From positions 64,001 through 128,000 of the forward strand of contig CAVSGM010000001.1 in NCBI GenBank assembly GCA_963727485.1: a stretch of DNA of 64,000 bases. Reading direction: 5' to 3'. The translations under genes and the position numbers were made by a program. The notes beneath the pieces are model-generated. The model saw only the letters and a program-made list of their open reading frames with translations, was not told the DNA's origin and ran no database searches. The DNA is from an uncultured delta proteobacterium (GTDB taxonomy: Bacteria; Myxococcota; Myxococcia; SLRQ01). Below are positions 41,817 to 51,390 of this stretch, one piece after another. Each line of letters begins with the position of its first letter. The stretch's first letter is position 1.

Positions 41817-42344
41817 GGGCCTCGCACCGACCCCACCGGCTCGGTCCACGGGCCGGATCCAGCGACAAGAGTGAACCTGGATCCCGCCCCTCGTACCCCA
41901 ACGGGGTTTGCCGACCCGCGCCACCCGGTGCGATCCCGAAGCGGGGCCTCGCACCGACCCCACCGGCTCGGTCCACGGGCCGGATCCAGCGACAAGAGTG
42001 AACCTGGATCCCGCCCCTCGTACCCCAACGGGGTTTGCCGACCCGCGCCACCCGGTGCGATCCCGAAGCGGGGCCTCGCATGCCGACCCCACCGGCTCGG
42101 TCCACGGGCCGGGATCCACGGGCCGCACAAGAGTGAACCTGGATCCCGCCCCTCGTACCCCAACGGGGTTTGCCGACCCGCCACCCGGTGCGATCCCGAA
42201 GCCGGGCCTCGCACCGACCCCACCGGCTCGGTCCACGGGCCGGATCCAGCGACAAGAGTGAACCTGGATCCCGCCCCTCGTACCCCAACGGGGTTTGCCG
42301 ACCCGCCACCCGGTGCGATCCCGAAGCGGGGCCTCGCACCGACC
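41817..42344. repeat. Intergenic tandem array of four ~127-bp multi-hairpin units plus a partial fifth
   Basis: Units start at 41817, 41944, 42071, 42204 and 42329 (127, 127, 133, 125 bp); near-identical; between convergent genes. Confidence 0.95.
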
Positions 42345-42367
42345 TCCCCCGCCCCTCACCCCGCCCC

Positions 42368-43345
42368 TCACCCCGCCTCGAGCCCCTCCCAAAACCCCCG
42401 CAGGTCCTCCGGCATCGGCGCCGTCACCTTGATCCCCAACGCCGGTATCCGGACCCGCGCCGCATGCAACGCCTGCCGCGGCAGCCGCAGCTGCGCCCGA
42501 TCCGCGTCGGTCATCGCCCCCTCCGTGAACCGCACGAAGATCCCCTCATCCGGCCCATAGATCTTGTCCCCGACCACCGGGTACCCGGCCGCCTGCAGAT
42601 GCGCCCGGATCTGGTGCTGCCGCCCGGTCTCCAGCCGGCACGCCACCAGCGAGTACCAGGCCCCGTCCCCGTCGCGCCGCCGCCCCAGCACCCGCACCCG
42701 CGTCGCCGCCGTCCGCGCCGCCGGGTGCCCGGGCTCCAGCACCGACACCCGGATCCTGACCTCATGCTCCCCGGCCAGCCCGAGCGGCAACGCGATCCGG
42801 GTCGACGTCCACCCGGGCGCCCCCTCCACGATGGCGAGATAGGTCTTCCTCACGGGCACCGCCGCGCCGGGCGCGAAGGCCGCCTTGAGCGCCTGGGTCG
42901 CCGGCTTCCCCCGCCCGCACACCAGCGCCCCGCTGGTCTCCCGATCCAGCCGATGCGCCGGATCCGGCCGGACGCCCTCGGCGTCCCGGTGATCCCGCCC
43001 GAGGATCGTCGTCGCCGTCCCCAGGTAGTACCGCGCCGTCGGGTGCACCGGCAGCCCCGCGGGCTTGTCCACCACCAGCACCCGTCCGTCGTCGAAGAGC
43101 ACCGGCAGCCGGTCCGGGATCCCCGCGGGCTCGGGCACCTCGGGCCGGCGCAGCACCACCACCATCCCCGCGGTCACCGGCGTCGAGGCCTTGAGCCGGC
43201 GCGGCCCCCGCTGCACCAGCTGCTCGCGGATGAGGCGCTGCACCTGGGCCCGGCTCGCCCGCTTGAGCTTCTCCTGGAGGTAGCGGTCCAGGCGCCAGCC
43301 GGCGTAGTTGGCCTCGACGGTGAAGGGGATCTCCACGTACCGCAC
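42368..43345 (-). CDS. RluA/RluD-family RNA pseudouridine synthase
   Basis: GWRLDRYL, VVDKPAGLPVHP, HRLDRETSG, LETGRQHQIR.HL, VGDKIYG, RQALHA; GTG start at 43345. Confidence 0.94.
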   Translation of the reverse strand: MRYVEIPFTVEANYAGWRLDRYLQEKLKRASRAQVQRLIREQLVQRGPRRLKASTPVTAGMVVVLRRPEVPEPAGIPDRLPVLFDDGRVLVVDKPAGLPVHPTARYYLGTATTILGRDHRDAEGVRPDPAHRLDRETSGALVCGRGKPATQALKAAFAPGAAVPVRKTYLAIVEGAPGWTSTRIALPLGLAGEHEVRIRVSVLEPGHPAARTAATRVRVLGRRRDGDGAWYSLVACRLETGRQHQIRAHLQAAGYPVVGDKIYGPDEGIFVRFTEGAMTDADRAQLRLPRQALHAARVRIPALGIKVTAPMPEDLRGFWEGLEAG

Positions 43346-43427
43346 CGGGAGAAGGTGCCACAGCCGGCGCCGGTAAGGCCAACGGTCCCTTTTCGTGGAT
43401 CCGAGGGGGCGGTAGACTCCTGATTCC

Positions 43428-44555
43428 ATGCGTATCCTCGCGAGGACGATGACGATCCTGGTCGCGCTCACCGCCCTGGCACCGGCCTGGGCCGCGGCGC
43501 CGACCCACCACTTCGCGGTCCTCGACCTCAAGTCGCCGCCGCTCTTGGTGAACCTCGGGCGGACGGTGTCCCTGGCCGTGGCCGCCGAGGCCGGGAAGAT
43601 GGGCGACACCGCCGTCACCAGCCTCGACATCGCCGAGAAGCTCGGCGCCAACCCGGCGAAGGAGGCCATCGACTGTGGCCCCGACCCGGCCTGCCTCATC
43701 GCCGCCCTCAAGGGCCTGAAGGTCGATCGGATCATCGCCGGGACCTTCGGCCGCGACGCCACCCACTACGTCATCCACATGATCCACGTGGACGTGAAGA
43801 CCGGCCAGGTGGTCAGCCGCCTCGATCTCAACGTCCTCATCGCCGCCCGGGAGCTCACCCGGGACGTGCGCCAGGGGGCGCCGGCGCTCCTCCAGGGCGA
43901 GCCGGAGCAGACCGGCACCCTGGTGGTCGCCTCCAAGGTCGAGGGCGCCACCGTGATGGTCGACGGCCGGGCCGTGGGCCAGACCCCCAAGGTCACCGTG
44001 CAGCTCCAGCCGGGCAAGCACCAGGTCCACGTGGAGAAGACCGACTACCTCCCCGAGGATCGCTTCGTGGAGATCACCGCCAAGCAGACCACCCGCTTCG
44101 TGCCCCGGCTCTTCGTGGTCCCGGGCAAGCACCCGGGGGTGCTGGTGGCCAAGGCCGCGGCGCCCAGGAAGAAGCCCCAGGCGGGCCTCCCGCCGCTCCG
44201 GCTCCCCGCCGGGACCTGGGCCAGCCTCGGGGTCTCGGTGGTGGCCACCGGGGTCGGGGTCTACTTCGGCCTCCAGGCGCGGAACGTGGAGCGCCAGGCC
44301 ATCGACCTCAACCACGACGGGGTCCTCGACATCACCCGCAAGACCGCCCTGGCCGGCCAGCAGGACGCCCTGCTCTCCAACGTCCTCTACGCCACCGCCG
44401 GCGCCGGGGTCATCGCCGCGGCGGTGTTCGCGGTGCTGGCGCCCCAGCCCGCCGACGGGCAGCAGGCCAAGGACGCCGCCACCCAGCCCACCGCGCACCT
44501 CGGGGCCGCGGTCTTCCCCGGCGGCGGCGCCGTCACCCTCGGAGGCCGGTTCTGA
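43428..44555 (+). CDS. Exported PEGA-domain protein with CsgG/TolB-N-like N-domain and hydrophobic C-terminus
   Basis: Signal peptide; AVLDL...C..D.AC...VD.II.G....Y...VDV.TG.V; PEGA GTL.V.S..EGA.V.VDG..VG.TP...L.PG.H.V.V; two hydrophobic helices; ends GGAVTLGGRF. Confidence 0.8.
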   Translation: MRILARTMTILVALTALAPAWAAAPTHHFAVLDLKSPPLLVNLGRTVSLAVAAEAGKMGDTAVTSLDIAEKLGANPAKEAIDCGPDPACLIAALKGLKVDRIIAGTFGRDATHYVIHMIHVDVKTGQVVSRLDLNVLIAARELTRDVRQGAPALLQGEPEQTGTLVVASKVEGATVMVDGRAVGQTPKVTVQLQPGKHQVHVEKTDYLPEDRFVEITAKQTTRFVPRLFVVPGKHPGVLVAKAAAPRKKPQAGLPPLRLPAGTWASLGVSVVATGVGVYFGLQARNVERQAIDLNHDGVLDITRKTALAGQQDALLSNVLYATAGAGVIAAAVFAVLAPQPADGQQAKDAATQPTAHLGAAVFPGGGAVTLGGRF

Positions 44556-46153
44556 TGCGACGCACGGGTCTGCTCACCGTTGCCCTCTTGCTCCTCGCCG
44601 GCGTCGGCGCCGGCTGCAGCTACAAGGTCGACACCGCCGGCGGCAAGTTCACCTGCAAGACCGACGCGGACTGCGGCAGCGGCTGGGAGTGCATCGCCCA
44701 GGTCAGCGGCAGCCACACCTGCTTCAAGAAGGGCCAGTGCGTCAAAGAGGTCTGCGACAACAAGGACGACGACTGCGACGGCGTCGTCGACAACGGCTTC
44801 GACCTCCAGACCGACGACCACAACTGCGGGAAGTGCGGCAACGCCTGCCCCACCGGGACCGCCTGCTTCGCCGGGACCTGCGCCGAGACCATCTGCAACG
44901 ACGGCCTGGACAACGACCACGACGGCAACCCCGACTGCACCGACGCCGACTGCACCGGTCAGAGCTGCGGGCCCAACGGGCTCACCTGCGACAACTTCCG
45001 CTGCGTCTGCCCCCTGGGCGAGACCCATGAGCAGACCTGCGACGACGGCCTCGACAACGACTGCGACGGGCTGACCGACTGCGACGACCCCGACTGCCAG
45101 GGGCTCGGTTGCGGCGCCGGCCTCGCCTGCGGCACCGACGCCAAGTGCGACGTCGAGGCCGCCTGCGGCAACGGCAAGGACGACGACGGCGACGGGCTCA
45201 CCGACTGCTTCGACCCCGACTGCGACCAGAAGGCCTGCGGCAGCGGCTGCGAGTGCCAGGGCGGCCTGAAGACCGAGATCGCCTGCGACGACGGCGCCGA
45301 CAACGACGGCGACGGGCTCATCGACTGCGCCGACCCCGACTGCGCCGGGAAGAGCTGCGGGACCGGGTGCGTCTGCCACGAGGGCCAGGCCCACGAGACC
45401 GTCTGCGGAGACACCTTCGACAACGACGGCGACGGGCTCACCGACTGCGCCGACCCCGACTGCACCGGCCAGGACTGCCAGACCGGCGTCGCCTGTGCGG
45501 CCAACACCACCTGCAGCGTCGAGTCCGACTGCGCCGACGGCGTGGACAACGACGGCGACGGGCTCACCGACTGCGACGACCCGGACTGCACCGGGAAGAC
45601 CTGCGCCGCCGGCCTCGCCTGCGCCCCCACCAGCGGCGGCGGGTGCACCGTGGAGAACGACTGCGCCGACGGCGTGGACAACGACGGCGACGGGCTCACC
45701 GACTGCGCCGATCCCGACTGCGCCGGGAAGGCCTGCGGCGCCGGGCTCGCCTGCGGAGGCACCACCTGCAGCGTGGAGACCGCCTGCGCCGACGGGAAGG
45801 ACAACGACGCCGACGGCAAGACCGACTGCGCCGACCCCGACTGCGCCGGGCAGACCTGCGCCCCCGGGGCCACCTGCGGCACCGACCTGGCCTGCAGCGT
45901 GGAGACCAACTGCGCCGACGGGCAGGACAACGACGGCGACGGGAAGGTCGACTGCGCCGACCCCGATTGCACCGGGCAGGCCTGCGGCCCGGGCCTCGCC
46001 TGCGGCGGCGACCTCAAGTGCGACGTGGAGACCGCCTGCGCCGACGGGAAGGACAACGACGGCGACGGCCACATCGACTGCGCCGACCCCGACTGTGACG
46101 GCATGACCTGCGCCGCGGGCAAGGTGTGCTCGGGCGGCGCCTGCCCCCCCTAA
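44555..46153 (+). CDS. Asp/Cys-rich repeat lipoprotein (probable Ca2+ binding)
   Basis: Lipobox VGAG-C; ten E..C.DG.DNDGDG..DC.DPDC repeats plus one E.CD..D.DCDG..D unit; TGATG overlap with the PEGA gene. Confidence 0.88.
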   Translation: MRRTGLLTVALLLLAGVGAGCSYKVDTAGGKFTCKTDADCGSGWECIAQVSGSHTCFKKGQCVKEVCDNKDDDCDGVVDNGFDLQTDDHNCGKCGNACPTGTACFAGTCAETICNDGLDNDHDGNPDCTDADCTGQSCGPNGLTCDNFRCVCPLGETHEQTCDDGLDNDCDGLTDCDDPDCQGLGCGAGLACGTDAKCDVEAACGNGKDDDGDGLTDCFDPDCDQKACGSGCECQGGLKTEIACDDGADNDGDGLIDCADPDCAGKSCGTGCVCHEGQAHETVCGDTFDNDGDGLTDCADPDCTGQDCQTGVACAANTTCSVESDCADGVDNDGDGLTDCDDPDCTGKTCAAGLACAPTSGGGCTVENDCADGVDNDGDGLTDCADPDCAGKACGAGLACGGTTCSVETACADGKDNDADGKTDCADPDCAGQTCAPGATCGTDLACSVETNCADGQDNDGDGKVDCADPDCTGQACGPGLACGGDLKCDVETACADGKDNDGDGHIDCADPDCDGMTCAAGKVCSGGACPP

Positions 46154-46172
46154 TCCGGCCCCGGACCCGACC

Positions 46173-47228
46173 ATGCGAAGCCAGAAGGCCCTCCCGTCCC
46201 CGCCCGGCCGGTTGAATCGATTGGTCCTCGCCCTCGTCCTCGTGGGGGTGATGGGCGCTGCCACCGGCTGTACCGGCTTCCTCTACGGCCAGACCGGCGA
46301 CGTGATGTCGGGCTACACCGTGGACCACATGGTGCCCTACCTCATGGCGTCGGGCGACGTGGACATGGCCTGCGAGACCGGGGTCTCCATGGGCGCCTTC
46401 CTCATGAGCTTCGAGCAGGTCTCGAAGCGGCCCAACCGGGCGGCGCTGGTGACCCTGCTCTCGGCGGGGATGTGCGCCGAGGCGCGGGCCTGGGACGCCG
46501 AGCTCGCGCGGCTCCGGGCCCTCCACGGCGACCGCCCGGTGGCCGCCCAGGACGCGCGGATCGTGGAGGTGCGGGCCCACGCCCTGGCGGCCCGGCGCTA
46601 CCACCGGGCCTACGAGCGCCTGGTGGCGGCCTTCGGGCCTCCGGGGACGGGGAAGTGCCCGACGCTCCACGGCTCCGATTCGCTCCTCTACCTCCTCGGC
46701 CTCTCCGCCGGCCTGCTGGCGGTGATGCACGACAAGGCCGGGGGCGGGGTCGCCGGGGTCCCCCTGGACATCCCTCGCGCCGTGGCCCGGGCGAGCCGGT
46801 GCCTCCCCGACGCAAGGTGGTGGGGCGCGCCCTCGGCCCTGCGCGCCGCCATCTGGACCAGCGTCCCCGGCGCCGCCCCCAAGGGCGCCGATCCCTGGAA
46901 GGTCCTCGCCGACGCCGCCGCCCAGGGCGACGCCGCCGGGTTCCGCCTCCCGGGCGCCCTCGAGGTCCAGGCGGCGGCCGCCGCCGGGCGCACCGATTTG
47001 GTGGAGCAGGCCATCGCCCGCGAGGCCGCCAGCTACCAGAAGACCCCGCCGTCGAAGGCCTACCACCTCCTCGATCGCTACGCCTGGCTCATCGACCAGC
47101 ACGCCTCCGATGTGCTCTGGACCGGCAAGACCGGCCACCGCACCCCGGTGGACGGCTTCGGCACCTTCCCCGACCAGCCCGAGAAGACCCAGGAGGACGA
47201 CAGCCTCCTCCAGGGCCTCGGCCCCTAG
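46173..47228 (+). CDS. Helical lipoprotein, TatT-like component of a TPAT/TRAP system
   Basis: Lipobox AATG-C; all-helical; directly upstream of a solute-binding protein and a TRAP permease. Confidence 0.6.
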   Translation: MRSQKALPSPPGRLNRLVLALVLVGVMGAATGCTGFLYGQTGDVMSGYTVDHMVPYLMASGDVDMACETGVSMGAFLMSFEQVSKRPNRAALVTLLSAGMCAEARAWDAELARLRALHGDRPVAAQDARIVEVRAHALAARRYHRAYERLVAAFGPPGTGKCPTLHGSDSLLYLLGLSAGLLAVMHDKAGGGVAGVPLDIPRAVARASRCLPDARWWGAPSALRAAIWTSVPGAAPKGADPWKVLADAAAQGDAAGFRLPGALEVQAAAAAGRTDLVEQAIAREAASYQKTPPSKAYHLLDRYAWLIDQHASDVLWTGKTGHRTPVDGFGTFPDQPEKTQEDDSLLQGLGP

Positions 47229-47236
47229 GAACCGCC

Positions 47237-48247
47237 ATGTACCGCACCGCTGCCTTCGTCCTCCTCGTCGCCCTCGCCGCCGCCGGCCCAAACCCCGCCG
47301 CCGCCGCGGCCCCGGTGAAGCGCAAGATCTGTGTCTACGACCCCAGCGGCGCCATGGGCGACGCCTTCAACGCCATGAAGGACTACCAGGCGGCGGCGCT
47401 GGCCTGGGGGGTGAAGGTCAAGCTCCTGCCCTACACCGACGAGAAGACGGCGGCCGAGGACTTCAAGGCGGGCAAGTGCGACGCGGCGCTGCTCACCGGG
47501 GTGCGGGCCCGGGCCTTCAACAAGTTCACCGGCTCCATCGAGGCCATGGGCGCGGTCCCCAGCTACAAGGTGCTCCACACGGTCATCGCGCTCCTCGCCA
47601 GCCCCAAGGCCGCCAGCCGGATGAGGTCGGGGAGCTTCGACACCGTGGGCATCTTCCCCGCGGGCGCCGTCTACCTCTACCTGCGCAACCGCAAGCTCAA
47701 GGACGTGGGGGACCTGGCGGGCAAGCGCATCGCCACCCTCTCCTTCGACCAGGCGGCGGTGGCGATGGTCGACCGCGCCGGGGCCTCGATGGTCCCCGCG
47801 GACATCGGCACCTTCGCCGGGATGTTCAACAACGGCTCGGTGGACGTGTGCTACGCCCCGGCCACCGCCTACCAGCCCCTGGAGCTCCAGAAGGGCCTGG
47901 CCAAGAAGGGCGGCATCGCCCGCTACCCGCTCGCCCAGCTCACCCTCCAGCTCCTCGCCCGGGTGGGCCGCTTCCCCGAGGGCTTCGGCAACGCCTCGCG
48001 CAGGTACGCCGCCGACCACTTCGGCCAGATGATGCGCCTGGTGAAGCGCGCCGAGAAGTCCGTCCCCAGCCACTACTGGATCGACATCACCGGCAAGGAT
48101 CGGGACAAGTACGACTCGCTCTTCCGCGACGTGCGGCTGAAGCTGCGCGACCAGGGCGTCTACGACGCCACCATGCTCACCCTCCTGCGGCGGGTGCGCT
48201 GCCGCGAGGATCCGGCCCGGGCCGAGTGCGCCCAGAAGGCCGAGTAA
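47237..48247 (+). CDS. Periplasmic solute-binding protein (DctP-like fold; AdeT/DUF6091-like)
   Basis: Signal peptide; CVYDP.G..G, YTDEK.AAEDFKAG.CDA, DLAGKRIA, FNNGSVD..YAP, C-terminal RC..DP..AEC. Confidence 0.78.
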   Translation: MYRTAAFVLLVALAAAGPNPAAAAAPVKRKICVYDPSGAMGDAFNAMKDYQAAALAWGVKVKLLPYTDEKTAAEDFKAGKCDAALLTGVRARAFNKFTGSIEAMGAVPSYKVLHTVIALLASPKAASRMRSGSFDTVGIFPAGAVYLYLRNRKLKDVGDLAGKRIATLSFDQAAVAMVDRAGASMVPADIGTFAGMFNNGSVDVCYAPATAYQPLELQKGLAKKGGIARYPLAQLTLQLLARVGRFPEGFGNASRRYAADHFGQMMRLVKRAEKSVPSHYWIDITGKDRDKYDSLFRDVRLKLRDQGVYDATMLTLLRRVRCREDPARAECAQKAE

Positions 48248-48257
48248 GAGGCGCCGC

Positions 48258-50312
48258 TTGTCCCACGACCCCGTCGACCGGTCCCGGCTCCGGGCCTGGC
48301 TGTCCACCATCCCCGCGGTCATCCTCCTGGTCCTGGTCATCCTCCACGGGACCGGGGAGAAGGTGCACGCCCGCCTCCTCCAGATCGGCGAGGACGCGTG
48401 GCCCGGCTACGCCTCCCTGCGGGTGGAGCCGGTCAAGCCCACCTGTGACGTGAAGGCCAAGGCGGCGCCGGCGAAGCCCGCCAAGCCCGCCGGTGGCGAC
48501 GACTTCCTCAACGACCTGATGGGCTCGGACACCGGCTCGGCGGCGGCCGACGCCCAGGCCCAGGCGGCGGCGAGGAAGCAGTGCGAGGCGCAGAAGGCCC
48601 AGTACCGGGCCCTGATGAAGCGGATCACCCCGTCGCTGCGCGCCTACCGGTCGGTGGAGACCGCGTTCGCCGCCTTCGTGGCCCTGGGGGTGAGCTACCT
48701 CCAGCAGGTGCTGGTGCTGCTGCTGCTCATCTGCGCCGCCACCGCCACCGCCATCCGGGCCCACATCGGTCTGCGCTCGGTCCACACCCGCCGGGACGAC
48801 CGCTACTCGGAGGTGGCCCAGCTCGCCGCCAACCTCCTGCTCCTGCTCTCGTCGTTCTACAAGTGGCGCATCGACGTGGCCTCGGGGGTGGCGGTCCAGA
48901 ACCACTCGCTCCCCTACCTGTGGATGACCGGGTTCGCGGTGATGTCCGTCATCAACGTGGTCCACCTGGTGCGGCCGTCCCCGGCCCACGCCGCCGGCGG
49001 CAGCCGGCACAAGGCGCTGCTGGCGGTGCCCCTCTACGCCACCATGGGCCTCATCAGCGGCCTGTGGTTCTTCGTCTTCGAGCACCACCCCTCGGGCCTG
49101 GCGATCTACCTCCAGAAGCTCACCGAGCACGCCCTCATCTACATCCACGTGGGCCTCTACGTGTGGGCGGGGATGCTGCTCAAGCGCACCCGCCTCGCCG
49201 ACCTCTCCTTCGACCTGGTGCGCCCCTGGAAGCTCCCCGCTGAGCTGCTGGCCTTCGTGGTGGTCGCCGCCGCCGCCATCCCCACCGCCTACTCCGGCGC
49301 CTCGGGCATCTTCGTCATCGCCGCCGGCGCGGTGATCTACGAGGAGATGATCCGGGCCGGGGCGCGCAAGCAGCTGGCGCTCGCCACCACCGCCATGAGC
49401 GGCAGCCTGGGCGTGGTCCTGGCCCCGTGCCTCTTGGTGGTCATCGTCGCCTCCCTCAACAAGCAGGTGACCACCGACCAGCTCTACCACTGGGGCTGGC
49501 GGGTGTTCGCGCTGACCAGCATCCTCTTCCTCATCGCCAGCCTCCTGGTGCGCCGGGGGCCCCTGAACATGGCCAGCCCCCGGGAGGCGATGAAGGGGAC
49601 CTGGAAGGCGCTGCGTCCCCTGGCCCCGTACCTGGTGGTGGTGGCCCTGGTCCTCGGCGGCTACGGCCTGGGCCTCGGGACCGCCCTCGACGAGCACACC
49701 GCCCCGGTGATCCTCCCGGTGCTCCTGCTCCTGCTCCTGGTCTACGACCGGCGGGCGGCGCGGCGGGACCCGGATCTGAGACAGGCGCCCGACGCCCCGG
49801 TGCAGGCCCTCGGCTACCGGGCCGCGGTGGTCGACGCCACCCGGGAGACCACCGGCCACATCGGCGCCCTGCTCTCGCTGATGGGCCTGTCGGTGTGCGT
49901 CGGCGGGATCATCGAGCGCAGCGACGTGGTGGGATTGGTGCCCCAGCACTTCGCCTCGCCCCTGGTCACCATGATCGTCCTGGTGGCGGTGCTGGTGTTC
50001 ATCGGGATGATCATGGACCCCTACGGCGCGGTGATCCTGGTCTCCGCCGCCGTCGCCGACATCGCCTACCGCAACGGCATCAACCCGGTGCACTTCTGGA
50101 TGGTGGTCCTGGTGGCCTTCGAGCTCGGGTACCTGACCCCGCCGGTGGCGCTGAACCACCTGCTGGCGAAACAGGTGGTGGGCGTCGAGGCCGAAGAGGT
50201 GGTCCCCGAGAACGAGACCTTCTGGCGGCGCCATGAGCGGATACTCCTGCCCATGAGCGTGATGGGGACGGCGCTGCTCATCGTCGCCTTCGTGCCCCTG
50301 TGGTGGTACTGA
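48258..50312 (+). CDS. TRAP transporter large permease (DctM-like) with N-terminal extension
   Basis: TAYSGASG, AMSGSLGVVL.P, IGMIMDPYGAVIL, GINPVHF, ELGYLTPPVALN; many TMs. Confidence 0.88.
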   Translation: MSHDPVDRSRLRAWLSTIPAVILLVLVILHGTGEKVHARLLQIGEDAWPGYASLRVEPVKPTCDVKAKAAPAKPAKPAGGDDFLNDLMGSDTGSAAADAQAQAAARKQCEAQKAQYRALMKRITPSLRAYRSVETAFAAFVALGVSYLQQVLVLLLLICAATATAIRAHIGLRSVHTRRDDRYSEVAQLAANLLLLLSSFYKWRIDVASGVAVQNHSLPYLWMTGFAVMSVINVVHLVRPSPAHAAGGSRHKALLAVPLYATMGLISGLWFFVFEHHPSGLAIYLQKLTEHALIYIHVGLYVWAGMLLKRTRLADLSFDLVRPWKLPAELLAFVVVAAAAIPTAYSGASGIFVIAAGAVIYEEMIRAGARKQLALATTAMSGSLGVVLAPCLLVVIVASLNKQVTTDQLYHWGWRVFALTSILFLIASLLVRRGPLNMASPREAMKGTWKALRPLAPYLVVVALVLGGYGLGLGTALDEHTAPVILPVLLLLLLVYDRRAARRDPDLRQAPDAPVQALGYRAAVVDATRETTGHIGALLSLMGLSVCVGGIIERSDVVGLVPQHFASPLVTMIVLVAVLVFIGMIMDPYGAVILVSAAVADIAYRNGINPVHFWMVVLVAFELGYLTPPVALNHLLAKQVVGVEAEEVVPENETFWRRHERILLPMSVMGTALLIVAFVPLWWY

Positions 50313-50327
50313 CCGGCGCCGTCTAGG

Positions 50328-51385
50328 TGTGGGATCCCAAGAGGTCGTTCAGTGACTTGGTGAGTTGTTCACCCGGACCCCCCGAGGGAAGTTGGTGAGT
50401 GGCAAAACAAACCACTCCCACGAAGGGAAACCGGGTGAACGTCCACAGTCATGCACGAACGACTCCCATCAGTCGAGGTCTGATCATCCAGCGGGTCCAG
50501 CTCGAGGGCTGGACCGTGGGCGACGCTGCCGATGCAGCGGGCGTCAGCGAGCGGACCGCCTACAAGTGGCTGCGGCGGCATCGGGAAGAAGGCCACTCGG
50601 GCCTGCTGGACCGTACCTCGCGGCCGCGTCGGATGCCGCAGCAGCTGGGGGAGAAGTGGCGGCAGCTGGTGCTGGAGCTCCGGCGCGAGCACCGGATGAC
50701 CGGCAAGGCGATCGCCCAACGACTACGGCTGGGCAGGTCCACAGTGTCACGGCTCCTGAGGCGCCACCGGCCGTCCCGAGCGAGAGATCTTGAACCGAAG
50801 CTCCCGCCTCGTCGCTACGAGCGGAGCGAGCCCGGAGAGCTGCTCCACCTCGACGTCAAGAAGCTGGGGCGCATCAAGGGCGTAGGCCACAGGATCACAG
50901 GGGTCCGTACCCACCGGAATCGAGGCATCGGCTGGGACTACGTCCACGTGTGCATCGACGACTACAGCCGACTGGCCTACGTCGAGGTGCTCGAGAACGA
51001 GAAGGCAGTGACGACCCACGGCTTTCTGCAACGGGCGATCGCCTGGTTTGAGCGGCATGGGATCCAGGTGCGGGAGATCATGACCGACAACGGCAGCCCG
51101 TACGTTTCGAGGCTCTTCCGTCACGCCATCAACGAGCGGAGCCTGCGGCACATCCGCACCAGGCCCTACACGCCCAGGACCAACGGGAAGGCCGAGCGCT
51201 TCATCCAAACGACGCTGCGTGAGTGGGCCTACGCACGCCCCTACACAAGCTCGGCGGAACGAGCGAGAGCCCTCAAGAAGTGGCTACGCCACTACAACCT
51301 CAAGCGCCCTCACGGTAGTCTCGACGACAGGCCACCCATCAGCCGCCTCGACCGGGCAGCCTGGACAACCCGTCGGCACTCCACA
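50328..51385 (+). mobile_element. IS481-family insertion sequence (1058 bp)
   Basis: TGT...ACA ends; imperfect IRs TGTGGGATCCCAAGAGGTCGTTCA vs TGTGGAGTGCCGACGGGTTGTCCA (16/24); TCTAGG duplicated at 50322-50327 and 51386-51391; lower GC than the flanks. Confidence 0.95.
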
Positions 51386-51390
51386 TCTAG
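50435..51390 (+). CDS. IS481-family DDE transposase (apparent 1-nt deletion at ~51360)
   Basis: VNVHSHARTT start, HTH, PGELLHLDVKKLG, IDDYSRLAY, TDNG, PRTNGKAERF, YN..RPH. Restoring one C gives ...LDNPSALHI* ending in the target TAG. Confidence 0.92.

Noticed and set aside
41885..41940. c-di-GMP-I riboswitch-like (minus strand GGCAAACCCC...GGGGTACG) or tRNA T-arm-like (CCCGGTGCGATCCCG) pieces in the repeat unit
   Set aside because: No GNRA tetraloop or GCAAAGC segment, no cloverleaf, and the array lies downstream of both flanking genes. Only an Rfam scan could revive this.
41817..42344. CRISPR array
   Set aside because: Whole units are repeated with no unique spacers, the unit is too long, and there are no cas genes in the window.
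41679..42560. ORFs across the repeat array
   Set aside because: Unit lengths of 127/133/125 bp shift frame each copy; the peptides are permutations with no coding signal.
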